Shown here: positions 39,101 to 48,609 of the stretch, piece by piece
Numbering within the stretch: the stretch's first letter is position 1
How the letters are laid out: each line of letters starts with the position of its first letter
Position numbers and translations under genes: made by a program
NCBI GenBank assembly: GCA_043801585.1
Contig: JAZDLX010000007.1
Coordinates: 80,625 to 144,624, forward strand
Length of the DNA stretch: 64,000 bases
Reading direction: 5' to 3'
Source: a bacterium
GTDB taxonomy: Bacteria; Electryoneota; Electryoneia; Electryoneales; Electryoneaceae
Notes under the pieces: model-generated
Databases searched by the model: none
What the model was told of the DNA's origin: nothing
Seen by the model: the letters and a program-made list of their open reading frames with translations, nothing else

Positions 39101-39884
39101 CTATCCGGAAGCCGAGCGGAACTACAACCGGATCTTGAAGAATTACAACAACAGCAAATGGGTGCCCTACGCGAAGTACGAGCTGGGCCGTGATCTCCTT
39201 GAACAGAACCGGACCGATGATGGAATGAAACTGCTTGCAGAACTTCCGCCTCGTTATCCCAGGCATCCGATTCTTGGGAGGGTGTGGTGGATCCTGGGAA
39301 ATCAATACGCTCAATCCGGAGACATCATGCACGCGGTTCAGACGTACGACAAGGTGCTGACGGATAGTGCCTATGTGGACGTCTGGCCTTACGTCCTGGT
39401 CAATCAGATCCAGGCCTATCAGAACGCCGGATTCTACGCCGGAGCGTTGCAGGCGGCACAACGGTACCTCGAACTGTATCCCGAGGCTCCCGACGCGTTC
39501 GATCGCCAGATGGATGTCGGTGTGATGTATCTGCAGATGGGGCAGTATGACCTGGCGATATCGCAATTCAGGAAAATCCAACCGCTGGCGGATGTGGAGG
39601 ATGAAGCCGCCATCCAGTTCTACGTCGGTGAGTCGCTGGAAAAATCCGGACGACTTGCCGAGTCCGTGATTGAATACAAGAAGGTCGATTACCTCGGAAA
39701 ACGGACGAAAATGGAGTGGGCGATCACGGCGCTGTACAACGCCGGACGAGTGCTCGAACGGTTGGGTCAGACCGATCAGGCATTGAACATGTACCAGGAA
39801 ATTGTCCGTCGGGAGGGACTGGCAAGCCCCTTTGGACGGAAAGCCCAGGAACAGGTGGATCGTTTGCGTGCGAGCAAAAGGTAA
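36189..39884 (+). CDS. Large secreted tetratricopeptide-repeat (TPR) protein
   Basis: ATG 36189 overlaps the pcrA stop (ATGA). Signal peptide MRWIVRLMGVVSFLLLAELLFPVGVFAQ. 1231 aa of degenerate TPR-like helical repeats. Confidence 0.7.
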   Translation: MRWIVRLMGVVSFLLLAELLFPVGVFAQTGRESDFLYARRLYEDGLYDLAVEALERYLAADPENPHQVEANLIIGDALWKEKKLDLARQAYQRAAMADPDDPRGVEALTKVADSYLAENDWLKAARAEERIAVFYPNSPAAPAALTRTARILIEHNQFNQAEAPIQQVLRQYPGSSQQREARLLWARVLADRGELEQAADEAGAVARATRDADLAVEALSFQGEWYWRLGRDPDAEAAWRSILEGYPRAAKRAEALTRMGQQRLRIGDAKQAEPLLRDALGGIQKDSLLEHEARLTLADALLLEGKPVEALLHLNRLEGTVTPSISFRKALVLEDAGRNAEAISLYRNLGQGTDSLAAGARWRVAAMLEKSGRPREAAEAWRWAEQALPSDLQKSEARYRALALTVAIEPLRALEVASVFADDYPRSARVDDAEFIRAKALLALGRRKEAVEAFRGLGEIWPVSPYHYDATSRADYIETMVLPKGDPSSKLAGLLAEFAGGRDRRDLSLRLAEVYLFELKDYSAAKKQLQELLADSSVDQARRLQARELLAESLWRNFQRETRGEDGTLLPDVAARRAAANRTITDLQQLLPNLRNENLRAETSWRLMNLEADSRSGLDSLLYVRKMLQNHLADYPNSSHAGDAYLDLGKAFSRVAKGIDNPDKGDPSIWYLEAFRDNYSSHPRFAEGLLLLADRYAKAKRFAPAEQTYRSILRLAPSPERVEAVLALLNPEKSKSSMGMGEELEWVRTHAWYHPDVQLGRRLLVQRLMDDGHYHEASDELVALGELNMDWGAGLVIEGARNQQLAWYWGQVYEGLHQPEKARDEYRRYLSRNPSGPDADQIRLKLAELRKRQGYPDAALRLYRRLLADASDYRMREAGLRGVANILFDQGQYEAAMRNAEEIVQTKGTARDTAFVYDEMAVICRYRQGHLDEARKQANAFRKKWSRMDGLYDVSARFELERGKWLSKDKNYPEAERNYNRILKNYNNSKWVPYAKYELGRDLLEQNRTDDGMKLLAELPPRYPRHPILGRVWWILGNQYAQSGDIMHAVQTYDKVLTDSAYVDVWPYVLVNQIQAYQNAGFYAGALQAAQRYLELYPEAPDAFDRQMDVGVMYLQMGQYDLAISQFRKIQPLADVEDEAAIQFYVGESLEKSGRLAESVIEYKKVDYLGKRTKMEWAITALYNAGRVLERLGQTDQALNMYQEIVRREGLASPFGRKAQEQVDRLRASKR

Positions 39885-39956
39885 TCACCCCGGAAGAATG
39901 AAAAACATCATAGCTGACCTGAAAAATCAGAACTCTTTCGTTTTTCGCGATCATTT

Positions 39957-40910
39957 TTGATAAGAATGGAAGAACATGAATCGCCACAGGGAAAACCGCG
40001 CATGAGTGAAAAACGCCTGATATCTGTTGTCGGGAAAGCCTGGCTTGAAGCTCAGGTGGACGCAGCTCTGCACGAAGATCTCGCAAAAGCGGGGGATATC
40101 ACCAGCGCGGCGACCGTTCCGGAAACGCTTCAGGGTTTCGCCGAGCTGGTTGCGAAGGGCGATGGGATCCTCTGTGGGCTGGATTGGGCGATCACCTGTG
40201 GTGACCGGACTGACCCGCCTGTCACTTGGGAATTCCTTGTCAGCGATGGAGAATCCGTACATCCGGGTCAGGTACTGGCACGGATTTACGGTCCGATGCG
40301 CGGGGTCCTGATATCGGAACGCACAGCACTGAACGGTCTTGGCCATTTGTCGGGCATCGCCACGGCTGCGGCAAAGACCATGGAGCTTGTAAAAGGGACC
40401 GACGCACAGGTGATCGACACCCGGAAAACCTTTCCTGGATGGAGGTTGGCGGAAAAATATGCGGTCCGATGCGGAGGTGCGGGGAACCACAGAATGGGGC
40501 TTTATGACGAAATCCTGATCAAGGAAAACCACATCGAGGCTGCGGGTGGGGTGAAAAACGCCGTGCTCGCTGCAAAAACGTGGCGTGAACAAGATGCGTC
40601 ACGTTCCAACATCCCCATCGAGGTGGAGGTGCGCGATCTCGATGAATTTCGCGCAGCAGTGGAGACGGAGCCGGATCGTATTCTTTTGGACAATTTCGCT
40701 CTCGATGTCATGCGTGAAGCGGTAAACTTGGCAAAAGGACACGTTACGCTGGAAGCGTCAGGTGGGATTACCATGCGGACGCTCGCCGAGGTGGCGGCGA
40801 CTGGAGTAAACCGAATCTCGCTCGGTGCACTGACCCATTCGGTGGTGCCGCTGGATATTTCCCTGCTGGTACGCAACACGACAAAGGACAAACCCTCAAC
40901 CGGGACTTAA
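39957..40910 (+). CDS. nadC: Nicotinate-nucleotide pyrophosphorylase (quinolinate phosphoribosyltransferase)
   Basis: QPRTase motifs (LDTRKT.PG.R, YAVRCGGAGNHRMGLYD, LLDNF, EASGGI). The start may be the ATG at 40002. Confidence 0.85.
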   Translation: MIRMEEHESPQGKPRMSEKRLISVVGKAWLEAQVDAALHEDLAKAGDITSAATVPETLQGFAELVAKGDGILCGLDWAITCGDRTDPPVTWEFLVSDGESVHPGQVLARIYGPMRGVLISERTALNGLGHLSGIATAAAKTMELVKGTDAQVIDTRKTFPGWRLAEKYAVRCGGAGNHRMGLYDEILIKENHIEAAGGVKNAVLAAKTWREQDASRSNIPIEVEVRDLDEFRAAVETEPDRILLDNFALDVMREAVNLAKGHVTLEASGGITMRTLAEVAATGVNRISLGALTHSVVPLDISLLVRNTTKDKPSTGT

Positions 40911-40912
40911 TT

Positions 40913-42631
40913 ATGAGTGACTCGAAATCCATCGGTCGATTTACCTTCGTTCTGCATTCCCATTTACCCTACGTCCTCAGCCACGGAAACTGGCCCCACG
41001 GCATGATCTGGTTGTCGGAGGCGGCGGCGGAGACCTACATCCCATTGTGGCGAGTGTTTAGAAAGCTGCACAAGGAGGGACGCAAGGTTGCAGTGACGAT
41101 CGGATTCAGTCCGGTGCTGACGGAGCAGCTTTCTGACCCGGTGTTCGTTGAAGAATTCAAGAGATACCTGAAGCAGAAAAAAGACGCAGCATGGAAGGAC
41201 AAGGAGCAGTTTGCCAGGGAGAAAAAGAAACACCTGGCTAAGCTGGCTGACTTCTGGCACGGTTGGTATGACAAGGTGGAGAAGGATTTCAACGGTCCCA
41301 TCTCCCAGAACATCGTCGCGGCCTTCCGCAAACTTCAGGATGACGGCGCCATCGAAATCATCACCTGTGGGGCAACCCATGGCTACCTCCCGTTGCTTGG
41401 AACGGACGAAGCGGTGAACGCTCAAGTCGCCCTCGCCGTTTCCAGCTACGAAAAGCATTTTGGACGCAAGCCGCGAGGTATCTGGCTCCCCGAATGCGCC
41501 TACAGGCCCGGCTATCATTGGGTAAATCCGACTCAGCCGAAGGACAAGGGCTTCGACCGGAGGGGCGTGGAGCAGTTCCTTCAGAAATACGGATTGCGTT
41601 ATTTCATTGTCGACAGCCACCTGCTCGAGGGTGGAAAGGCGATGGGCACTTATCTGGCCCGGTTCGAGGGGTTGAAACTACTCTGGGAGCGTTCCCAAAT
41701 GTCCATCCGGGAGCACGAAACCGAGGTGGATGAAACGAAGGAGCCCTATCGCATTTACTGGGTCGATGGCACTGTCGGGAAGGATGAGCCGGTGGCTGTT
41801 CTGACCCGTGATCCGAAAACCAGCCTCCAGGTCTGGTCGGGCGAATGGGGATACCCAGGGGACGGCAGCTATCTGGATTTTCACAAGAAGCATTTTCCCG
41901 GAGGGCACCGTTACTGGCGTGTGACACAGGCGAAGGCGGATCTCGGCGATAAGGAGGAATACTACGTCGAGAACGTAAGCGACCGCCAGGAAGAGAACGC
42001 AAACCATTTTGTCCATTTGCTTCATGACGTCCTCAAAAAGGCGAGTGCGGAACCTGCGGATCGCCTCGTGGTGAGTCCATTCGATACGGAACTGTTCGGT
42101 CACTGGTGGTTTGAAGGCCCCGGCTGGATGGAGCGGGTGCTGCGTCAGGTCGACAGTTCAGAGTACATCGAAGCGGCTCATGGCGGCGATCTGGTCACAG
42201 CAACGGACGAGGCGCCGGTGGTGGCGTTGCCGGAAGGGTCGTGGGGCGAGGGCGGGTTCCATTACGTCTGGTTGAACGAAAAGACGGAGTGGTCGTGGCT
42301 GTTGATCTACGAATGCGAACGGCAAATGAGCGAACTGGCGCGCAAGTACAAGGGTGCGTCCGGAGAAATCCGTGAAATTCTTCAGCAGCTTGGACGTGAA
42401 TTGCTGCTGCTCGAATCGTCCGACTGGCAATTCCTGATCAGCACCATCGCCGCGGCGGATTACGCGGAACTTCGCATTCGAGTTCACTACAACGATTTTC
42501 AGTTTATCCGTTCATATTTGGAGATTGTCGCATCCGGGGAGGAACCCATGTATGAGGACCGTGAACGGTTTGCGGCGATCTGCCAGCGTGATTCCCTGTT
42601 CATGGATCTTGATCCTTCTCTCTGGGCGTAG
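40913..42631 (+). CDS. GH57-family 1,4-alpha-glucan branching enzyme
   Basis: N-terminal FVLHSHLPYV, WLPECAY and the GH57 catalytic-region layout; 572 aa. Confidence 0.8.
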   Translation: MSDSKSIGRFTFVLHSHLPYVLSHGNWPHGMIWLSEAAAETYIPLWRVFRKLHKEGRKVAVTIGFSPVLTEQLSDPVFVEEFKRYLKQKKDAAWKDKEQFAREKKKHLAKLADFWHGWYDKVEKDFNGPISQNIVAAFRKLQDDGAIEIITCGATHGYLPLLGTDEAVNAQVALAVSSYEKHFGRKPRGIWLPECAYRPGYHWVNPTQPKDKGFDRRGVEQFLQKYGLRYFIVDSHLLEGGKAMGTYLARFEGLKLLWERSQMSIREHETEVDETKEPYRIYWVDGTVGKDEPVAVLTRDPKTSLQVWSGEWGYPGDGSYLDFHKKHFPGGHRYWRVTQAKADLGDKEEYYVENVSDRQEENANHFVHLLHDVLKKASAEPADRLVVSPFDTELFGHWWFEGPGWMERVLRQVDSSEYIEAAHGGDLVTATDEAPVVALPEGSWGEGGFHYVWLNEKTEWSWLLIYECERQMSELARKYKGASGEIREILQQLGRELLLLESSDWQFLISTIAAADYAELRIRVHYNDFQFIRSYLEIVASGEEPMYEDRERFAAICQRDSLFMDLDPSLWA

Positions 42632-42642
42632 GAGGTGCGTCG

Positions 42643-43668
42643 ATGGCGGAAATGAGGCATGATCCTCTGCACCGGCGTTGGGTTGTCATTGCGCCGGAAC
42701 GGGCGCAACGGCCCACGGATTTCAAACCCCACGGCGAGGAGGCGAAGGGGGACGATCCATTTGCCGAGGGCAACGAGGATCTGACTCCTCCGGAAATCTT
42801 TGCGATCCGTAAACCGGGTTCAAAGAAAAATGGACCCGGCTGGACTGTTCGTGTCGTTCCCAACAAATACCCCGGTTTTCGTGTGGAGGGCGAGCTTGAG
42901 CGGTCAGGCGACGGACTCTACGACCGCATGAACGCCCTGGGAGCTCACGAGGTGATCATCGAGGGACCCCGCCGCGACGAGGATATGACCCAGTTTACAC
43001 CGGAACATCTCTTCGACCTCGGGTTGGTGTGGCGTGAACGGATGACCGACCTGATGCGGGACATCCGGCTTCGCTATGTCCTGTTGTTCAAAAACCACGG
43101 ACGCATCGCCGGGACGAGCCTCACGCATCCGCATTCCCAGGTGATTGCTACGACGATCACACCGAGGATGATTTCGCACAAACTCGAGGCGGCACGGGAT
43201 CATTACAACACCCGCGAACGGTGTCTGATCTGCGACATGATTCAGCAGGAGCTGCGCGAGCGCAGCCGGATCGTGACGGTCAACGACCGTTTCATCGCGT
43301 TCACTCCCTACGCCAGCCGTTTCGATTTTGAGGTCTGGGTGATGCCCCGATACCATCAGCACGATTTCCGGCAGATTGGCGACGAGGATCTGAAAATCTT
43401 CATGATCACTCTGCAAGAGGTTTTGTTGCGGCTGCGAACGGCGCTGAACGACCCCCCGTGGAATTTCGTGTTGCAAAGCGCGCCGAACAGCGAGAGCGAT
43501 ATTCCCCGACCGACGCATTGGACCACCCTGAAATATGATTGGCACTGGCACGTTGAGATTACCCCGAGGCTGTCCGTCAGCCAGGGATTTGAATGGGTGA
43601 CCGGTTTTTTTATCAACACCACGACACCGGAACAGGCAGCGGAAGTCCTGCGAGCCATCCGGTTGTAA
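42643..43668 (+). CDS. GalT-like HIT-family hexose-1-phosphate nucleotidyltransferase
   Basis: Active-site HPHSQV (HxHxQ), two GalT half-domains, 341 aa. Confidence 0.75.
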   Translation: MAEMRHDPLHRRWVVIAPERAQRPTDFKPHGEEAKGDDPFAEGNEDLTPPEIFAIRKPGSKKNGPGWTVRVVPNKYPGFRVEGELERSGDGLYDRMNALGAHEVIIEGPRRDEDMTQFTPEHLFDLGLVWRERMTDLMRDIRLRYVLLFKNHGRIAGTSLTHPHSQVIATTITPRMISHKLEAARDHYNTRERCLICDMIQQELRERSRIVTVNDRFIAFTPYASRFDFEVWVMPRYHQHDFRQIGDEDLKIFMITLQEVLLRLRTALNDPPWNFVLQSAPNSESDIPRPTHWTTLKYDWHWHVEITPRLSVSQGFEWVTGFFINTTTPEQAAEVLRAIRL

Positions 43669-43686
43669 AACCCTCAGGAGGCGCTC

Positions 43687-44643
43687 ATGGGAACGTCCCG
43701 CCCCGAGGCAAGCATTATTACGACTCACAAGGGTCCGCCAGGGATTATCGATGTCCTGCGGCTTTCACTCGAGGAACAGTCCTTTCCATTCAAGCACTTC
43801 GAATGGGTTGTCGTCGATGACGGGAGCGAGGAGGGAGTGCCGGAGTGGTTTCAAACGTACGAGGGGCCGCTGACGATTGTGCCGATCCAGAATATCCGGA
43901 CGCTGGGTCGATCGACTTCCCGCAACCGCGCTGTTCAGGCGGCACGTGGGAAGATCCTCGTTTTCCTCGACAGTGACATGACGGTCGTTCAGAACTGGCT
44001 CGCCTGCCTGGTGGAATCAGTGGAAAAATCGGGAGCCGTGGTCCTCGGTAAAGTGAACCCTCATTACACGCTTCCGAGGACAAAATTCGTCCAGTACATC
44101 CATTCCCGTGGCGCTCAGAAGCTGAAGGATCGGGAACGGTGTCCGGGACGCTATTTCTCGACGAACAATTCCGCGATGCCGGCGGAGATCCTGCGGCGGT
44201 TCAGGGGCTTTGACGAAACCTTTATCGGATGGGGCGGGGAAGACCTCGAGATGGGGCTTCGGCTGGAACGCGGTGGGATCAAATTCAGCACCGATTTCCG
44301 GGCGAAAGCCTTTCACCGTCATCACCGCGAGTGGCATGTGATCGAAAAACAGTACATGGAATACGGCCGTCATGGCGTGCCGTATATCTATGATTTATAT
44401 GGAGATCATGAAAATATTCTCGGTCTGGACAAATTGCAGTCGCCACTGGAGACGAGAAGTCTCGGTGGGGCGATCAGCCGTCTGATGGTCAGGATGTTCA
44501 ATCATCAATGGGCGTATAAAATCGCGCGTTCCTTTGTTGTCCGGTGGCCTGAGGGTCCCTGGCCTGACCGGTTGTTTGACTTCCTGTTGTTTTATCTCTA
44601 CTCTCGTGGCCTGGTGGAACGGAAAAAGGGAACGGTTCAGTGA
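43687..44643 (+). CDS. GT2-family glycosyltransferase
   Basis: VVVDDGS and DSDM (DxD) motifs of the GT-A fold; 318 aa. Confidence 0.7.
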   Translation: MGTSRPEASIITTHKGPPGIIDVLRLSLEEQSFPFKHFEWVVVDDGSEEGVPEWFQTYEGPLTIVPIQNIRTLGRSTSRNRAVQAARGKILVFLDSDMTVVQNWLACLVESVEKSGAVVLGKVNPHYTLPRTKFVQYIHSRGAQKLKDRERCPGRYFSTNNSAMPAEILRRFRGFDETFIGWGGEDLEMGLRLERGGIKFSTDFRAKAFHRHHREWHVIEKQYMEYGRHGVPYIYDLYGDHENILGLDKLQSPLETRSLGGAISRLMVRMFNHQWAYKIARSFVVRWPEGPWPDRLFDFLLFYLYSRGLVERKKGTVQ

Positions 44644-45542
44644 GCTCTTCGGCGACGTTGATCGATGGCAAAGCAGTTTCGGACACGATCTTCAAAGAAA
44701 TTCGAGAAGAAGTTGCCCGCAGGGCACAGCAGGGAAGACGGCCCGGTCTGGCGCTGATTCTCGTGGGCGATGACCCCGGCAGCCAGACCTACGTTGGAAT
44801 GAAACACAGGCGGTGCGAGGAAACTGGCATCCTCTCGGTGATTGAACGGTTGCCCGCGGACACTTCGCAGAAAACCCTGCTCGCCAAGGTTCGCCAATTC
44901 AACAGTGATCCGAGATTTCACGGCCTGCTCGTCCAGTCACCCTTGCCGGAGGGATTGGATGATGATGAGGTCGTCAATGAGATCGATCCGGAGAAAGACG
45001 TTGACGGTTTCCACCCGGTCAATGTCGGCCTGCTCGCCCTGAATCAACCCCGCTTTGTTGCCTGTACGCCTGTGGGAATCCTCGAGTTGTTGGACCGCTA
45101 CGGTGTGGATCCTTCAGGCAAACATGCTGTCATCGTAGGCCGCAGTCATATCGTCGGAACGCCGATGGCTCTGCTGTTGATGCGCAAAGCCAAAGGCGGA
45201 AACTCCACAGTCACTGTCTGCCACAGCCGGACGGTGGATCTGGCAAGCTACACACGGCAGGCGGACATCCTGATCGCGGCTATCGGGAAACCGGAATTCA
45301 TCAAGGGGGATATGGTAAAAGAAGGTGCGGTGGTGATCGACGTGGGGATGAACCGAGTGGAGGATGCCACGAAGAAAAAGGGGTACCGTCTCGTCGGGGA
45401 TGTGGTGTTCGAAGAGGCGAAAAAACGGGCATCCCTGATCACGCCGGTGCCGGGTGGCGTCGGACCGATGACCGTTGCAATCCTGTTGCGCAATACCCTC
45501 GAAGCAGAGCAGAGGTCATATAAAGCGAACTCCTCTCGCTGA
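44640..45542 (+). CDS. folD: Bifunctional methylenetetrahydrofolate dehydrogenase/methenyl-THF cyclohydrolase
   Basis: Conserved YVGMKHRRCEE..., GRSHIVGTPMALLL and PVPGGVGPMTVAILL; GTG start. Confidence 0.9.
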   Translation: MSSSATLIDGKAVSDTIFKEIREEVARRAQQGRRPGLALILVGDDPGSQTYVGMKHRRCEETGILSVIERLPADTSQKTLLAKVRQFNSDPRFHGLLVQSPLPEGLDDDEVVNEIDPEKDVDGFHPVNVGLLALNQPRFVACTPVGILELLDRYGVDPSGKHAVIVGRSHIVGTPMALLLMRKAKGGNSTVTVCHSRTVDLASYTRQADILIAAIGKPEFIKGDMVKEGAVVIDVGMNRVEDATKKKGYRLVGDVVFEEAKKRASLITPVPGGVGPMTVAILLRNTLEAEQRSYKANSSR

Positions 45543-45553
45543 GAGGAGTTCGC
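45525..45553. terminator. 13-bp-stem hairpin spanning the folD stop codon (GCGAACTCCTCTC/GAGAGGAGTTCGC), between convergent genes
   Basis: Perfect 13-bp inverted repeat with a 3-nt loop. No U-tract, so function as a terminator is uncertain. Confidence 0.4.
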
Positions 45554-45640
45554 TGTCTCACGTTCACCCTTTGCATGAAGGGGGTCCGTCGTTCTATTGC
45601 GGCATTCGGGATGGAGCAGACGAGTGCTTCCCGTTCCGAA

Positions 45641-47881
45641 TCACCAGAGATTCATGTGGTTCGCCAGCCAATCCACCAGTTGCTTGTCCTCAAGACCGCG
45701 TGTCTGACCCTCTGACACCCACTCGAGTGCATCCTCGTAGCTGACATCATCCGGCTGTACATGCACCCGGAAGCGGTCAAAACGGTCAACATCTTTCACC
45801 GCTTTCTTCATCTCTGACTTTTTCAGGTACAAGATGAATTTCGCTCCTGTCGAACGAATGCCATCGAGTTTCTGATCGCTGGTCTTGTCGAACTGTTTCA
45901 AGTCGCAGATGAGGTAAAGCTGGGGTCCAACACTGGTGAGAAACGCAGGTGCTTCATCCCAGGCTTCGAGGGGGAACTCGACCTGAACGGTTCCTGTTTT
46001 CAGCGCTTGCACCATTGTCTTCTGATCGGAGGTGATTGTATCGCCCTCGAGCCATTCCGGAGGATCCAAGATACACACCATGCCCAACCCTTCATCCGCC
46101 CATTCCAGCACCCTGGTGGTGTCGGACGGGGACAACTGATCGCCGTTGATACCGATGATGACCGTTCCGAGCGCTTCCCTCGCATGGCTCAAGACGTCTT
46201 TCAAATCTTTCCCCATGAGAATATCGTCTCGGTTTGAGACGGCTTTTTGTTGTTGAGCAAGTATCGTTATAAAAGCGGCATGATCGTTTGCTGAAACGGG
46301 GTAAGGGAATTCAAGCACCGTTCCCAGGAAACCTGACAGTGCACGTTTTTTTGCAGCGTCAAGATCGTTATCGATGGAAGACGATGCGTCCACCCGAACG
46401 AAAGAGGATCCCCGATGCCAGACAGTTCGCTGGGCCAGATGATGGTCCGCCAGCGGTTGTTCCACATTGGCGATTTCGTTGATCCAGGTTGATGTTGTCG
46501 TGATCGTTCCCGCAATGGCTTCGGGCTGAATGGTCTGAAAATTGTCATCCGGGCGGTGATAAAAGGGATGCTCGCCGGAGGACCAGATCGTGTAAGCGGG
46601 GATGCCGGCGTTGCGGAACGGTGCATGGTCGGAGGCTTCACCCCCCCAGGCACGTCTGGCGTTGTAGAGTTTTTTCAGGCTATCGGGCAATGTCGAGAAC
46701 CAGGGCTCCCAGATTTCCCCGGTCAGGTCAAATCCGCCAAATCCAGTCAGACCATCGCCTCTCCCCACCATGTCAAGGTTCAACATGGTGACATAGGCGA
46801 AGTCCTTGGGAAGCTGCGGAACGAGTGCCCTGCTGCCGAGCAGACCCTGCTCCTCGCCGCCGAAATTGCAGAATATGAGCGTTCGTTTCTGCGGATGAGC
46901 GGCATAAAAACGGGCCAGTTCCATCACAACCGAAGTGCCGGAGCCGTTGTCGTCCGCACCGGGATAGACCTGTCCGAGGGCGTTTTTTCCGATGTGATCG
47001 CCGTGACCTCCGACGATCACCGCTTCGTTCTTCAGTTTCGGGTCCGTTCCGGGGACGATGCCGGCAACGTCATACCCGATCGCGTTCTCGATTGGCTCGA
47101 AAAGAAAGTCAATGGACATTTCGCGGTCGAGATTGAAGGCACGCGGATGCTCCTTGATACTCTCCTGGTAGCTGTCCACGCTTTCCCCGCTGTCGAAAAG
47201 CAACAACCTCAACGTTGCATCACCGATATATCCGCTCGGGACCGTGGGGGAGTAGGCATCCGCATTGATCGCCGCGCCGTTCACAGGCCATTCCTCCTGG
47301 TGGAAGAAGACCGCCACCGCACCTCGCCGGATGGCTTCCCCGAGCAGATAGGATCGTTGGTTTTCTCCGCTCCAATCTTCCTTGCTGTTGGGAGGACCGC
47401 GAAAGACCACGACAATCCGTCCCGTCACATCCGTATCTCCGTAATCGTCCCAGCCTTTTTCGGGGCGGCTGATCCCATGTCCCACGAGGCTGACTGGCGC
47501 CGTCAGCGTTGCGGAACCGCTGTTTGTGCAGGCCGTGAAATCCTCGCCGAGACGAAGGTGGATCTCACCGTAACGGGGGTCCTGCATCGTTATTTCCGCG
47601 CGTACTTCTCGTGTGGCAAGCATCGGGAAGGGGACAAGAATCTGCCCGTCGATCAGGGGTTTCAGTCCCCATCGTTCATATTGTTTCGCGATCCACGCCT
47701 GGGAGGAATCACCTGTCGGCATCCCTGTTTTTCTCCCTGCGAAGAGATCCGGGTCCGCCAGAGTTTTCAGGCAGGCCATTGCGCTGTCGGGGGAGGGTGA
47801 CGTCTGTGCGAAAAGAGGGACTGCGAGAGTGAACAGGAACAGTGAAACAATACTGAGGCGGATCGATGTTAAGCGACTCAT
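45641..47881 (-). CDS. Secreted M28-family zinc peptidase with PA domain and ~300-aa C-terminal extension
   Basis: Signal peptide. M28 zinc ligands in HGDHIG, GADDNGSGT, GGEE and LNLDMVG. Hydrophobic C-terminus ending WLANHMNLW. Confidence 0.75.
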   Translation of the reverse strand: MSRLTSIRLSIVSLFLFTLAVPLFAQTSPSPDSAMACLKTLADPDLFAGRKTGMPTGDSSQAWIAKQYERWGLKPLIDGQILVPFPMLATREVRAEITMQDPRYGEIHLRLGEDFTACTNSGSATLTAPVSLVGHGISRPEKGWDDYGDTDVTGRIVVVFRGPPNSKEDWSGENQRSYLLGEAIRRGAVAVFFHQEEWPVNGAAINADAYSPTVPSGYIGDATLRLLLFDSGESVDSYQESIKEHPRAFNLDREMSIDFLFEPIENAIGYDVAGIVPGTDPKLKNEAVIVGGHGDHIGKNALGQVYPGADDNGSGTSVVMELARFYAAHPQKRTLIFCNFGGEEQGLLGSRALVPQLPKDFAYVTMLNLDMVGRGDGLTGFGGFDLTGEIWEPWFSTLPDSLKKLYNARRAWGGEASDHAPFRNAGIPAYTIWSSGEHPFYHRPDDNFQTIQPEAIAGTITTTSTWINEIANVEQPLADHHLAQRTVWHRGSSFVRVDASSSIDNDLDAAKKRALSGFLGTVLEFPYPVSANDHAAFITILAQQQKAVSNRDDILMGKDLKDVLSHAREALGTVIIGINGDQLSPSDTTRVLEWADEGLGMVCILDPPEWLEGDTITSDQKTMVQALKTGTVQVEFPLEAWDEAPAFLTSVGPQLYLICDLKQFDKTSDQKLDGIRSTGAKFILYLKKSEMKKAVKDVDRFDRFRVHVQPDDVSYEDALEWVSEGQTRGLEDKQLVDWLANHMNLW

Positions 47882-47959
47882 AATGCCTCCAGTGCGATGA
47901 TTCGTGTGTTAAAATCCAAAGCTACGGTGAGTCTCGGCGGACGGCAAGCGAAACGGTCG

Positions 47960-47988
47960 TTGACACCGTGTAGAGGTTTCCGTACGTT
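47960..47988 (+). promoter_or_regulatory. Sigma70-like promoter (-35 TTGACA, 17-nt spacer, -10 TACGTT) for the small-ORF/tRNA unit
   Basis: Hexamers at 47960-47965 and 47983-47988, ~45 nt upstream of the GTG at 48033. Confidence 0.4.
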
Positions 47989-48032
47989 AAGCGGTCTGTC
48001 AAACGTGGCAAACGCCTTCAAGCGGAGGGCCT

Positions 48033-48305
48033 GTGAGCGATAAAACGAGCAAGAAAAGGGAAAAAACAGGGAAACGGCTGTTTTCCTGGCCCTTTGGACG
48101 GTTGAATCTGATCGTTCTCCTCGCCGGACTGGCGATGATCGTGATTGGTTTTGTTTTCCTCGGCCAGGGGGGCGCGGATAGCGTTCAATCTCTCACAGTG
48201 GCTCCGATCCTGCTGCTGACTGGATACCTGGTGTTGCTGCCCGCGTCGATTCTCATCCGTGATCGTAAGAAAACGGGTGGGAAGGACGTATCCAGGGAAG
48301 CTTGA
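48033..48305 (+). CDS. Small two-TM membrane protein (DUF3098-like)
   Basis: 90 aa with a basic N-terminus (KKREKTGKR) and two hydrophobic helices. Ends 2 nt before tRNA-Val. Confidence 0.45.
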   Translation: MSDKTSKKREKTGKRLFSWPFGRLNLIVLLAGLAMIVIGFVFLGQGGADSVQSLTVAPILLLTGYLVLLPASILIRDRKKTGGKDVSREA

Positions 48306-48306
48306 G

Positions 48307-48381
<75 letters not shown>

Positions 48382-48482
48382 CGGTGGGGAGTCTCGAGAA
48401 GCGGCGGTCTGGCGGTCTTGCGCGAGACACCTCGAGAACCTACTTTACGCGGGCTTGCGAAGTGACGCAGGCGCAGCGGTTT

Positions 48483-48557
48483 GGGGCAGTAGCTCAGTTT
48501 GGTTAGAGTGCCGGCCTGTCACGCCGGAGGTCGCGGGTTCGACCCCCGTCTGCCCCG
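48483..48557 (+). tRNA. tRNA-Asp (anticodon GTC)
   Basis: Acceptor GGGGCAG/CTGCCCC, anticodon stem CCGGC/GCCGG with loop CTGTCAC, T-loop TTCGACC, discriminator G. Confidence 0.9.
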
Positions 48558-48570
48558 CAAAATCATTAGC

Positions 48571-48599
48571 CCTGTCGGATTTTCCGGCAGGGTTTTCTT
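48571..48599 (+). terminator. Intrinsic terminator after tRNA-Asp
   Basis: 8-bp stem CCTGTCGG/CCGGCAGG (one G-U) with loop ATTTT, followed by GTTTTCTTG. Confidence 0.6.
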
Positions 48600-48609
48600 G
48601 TATCAGGGG

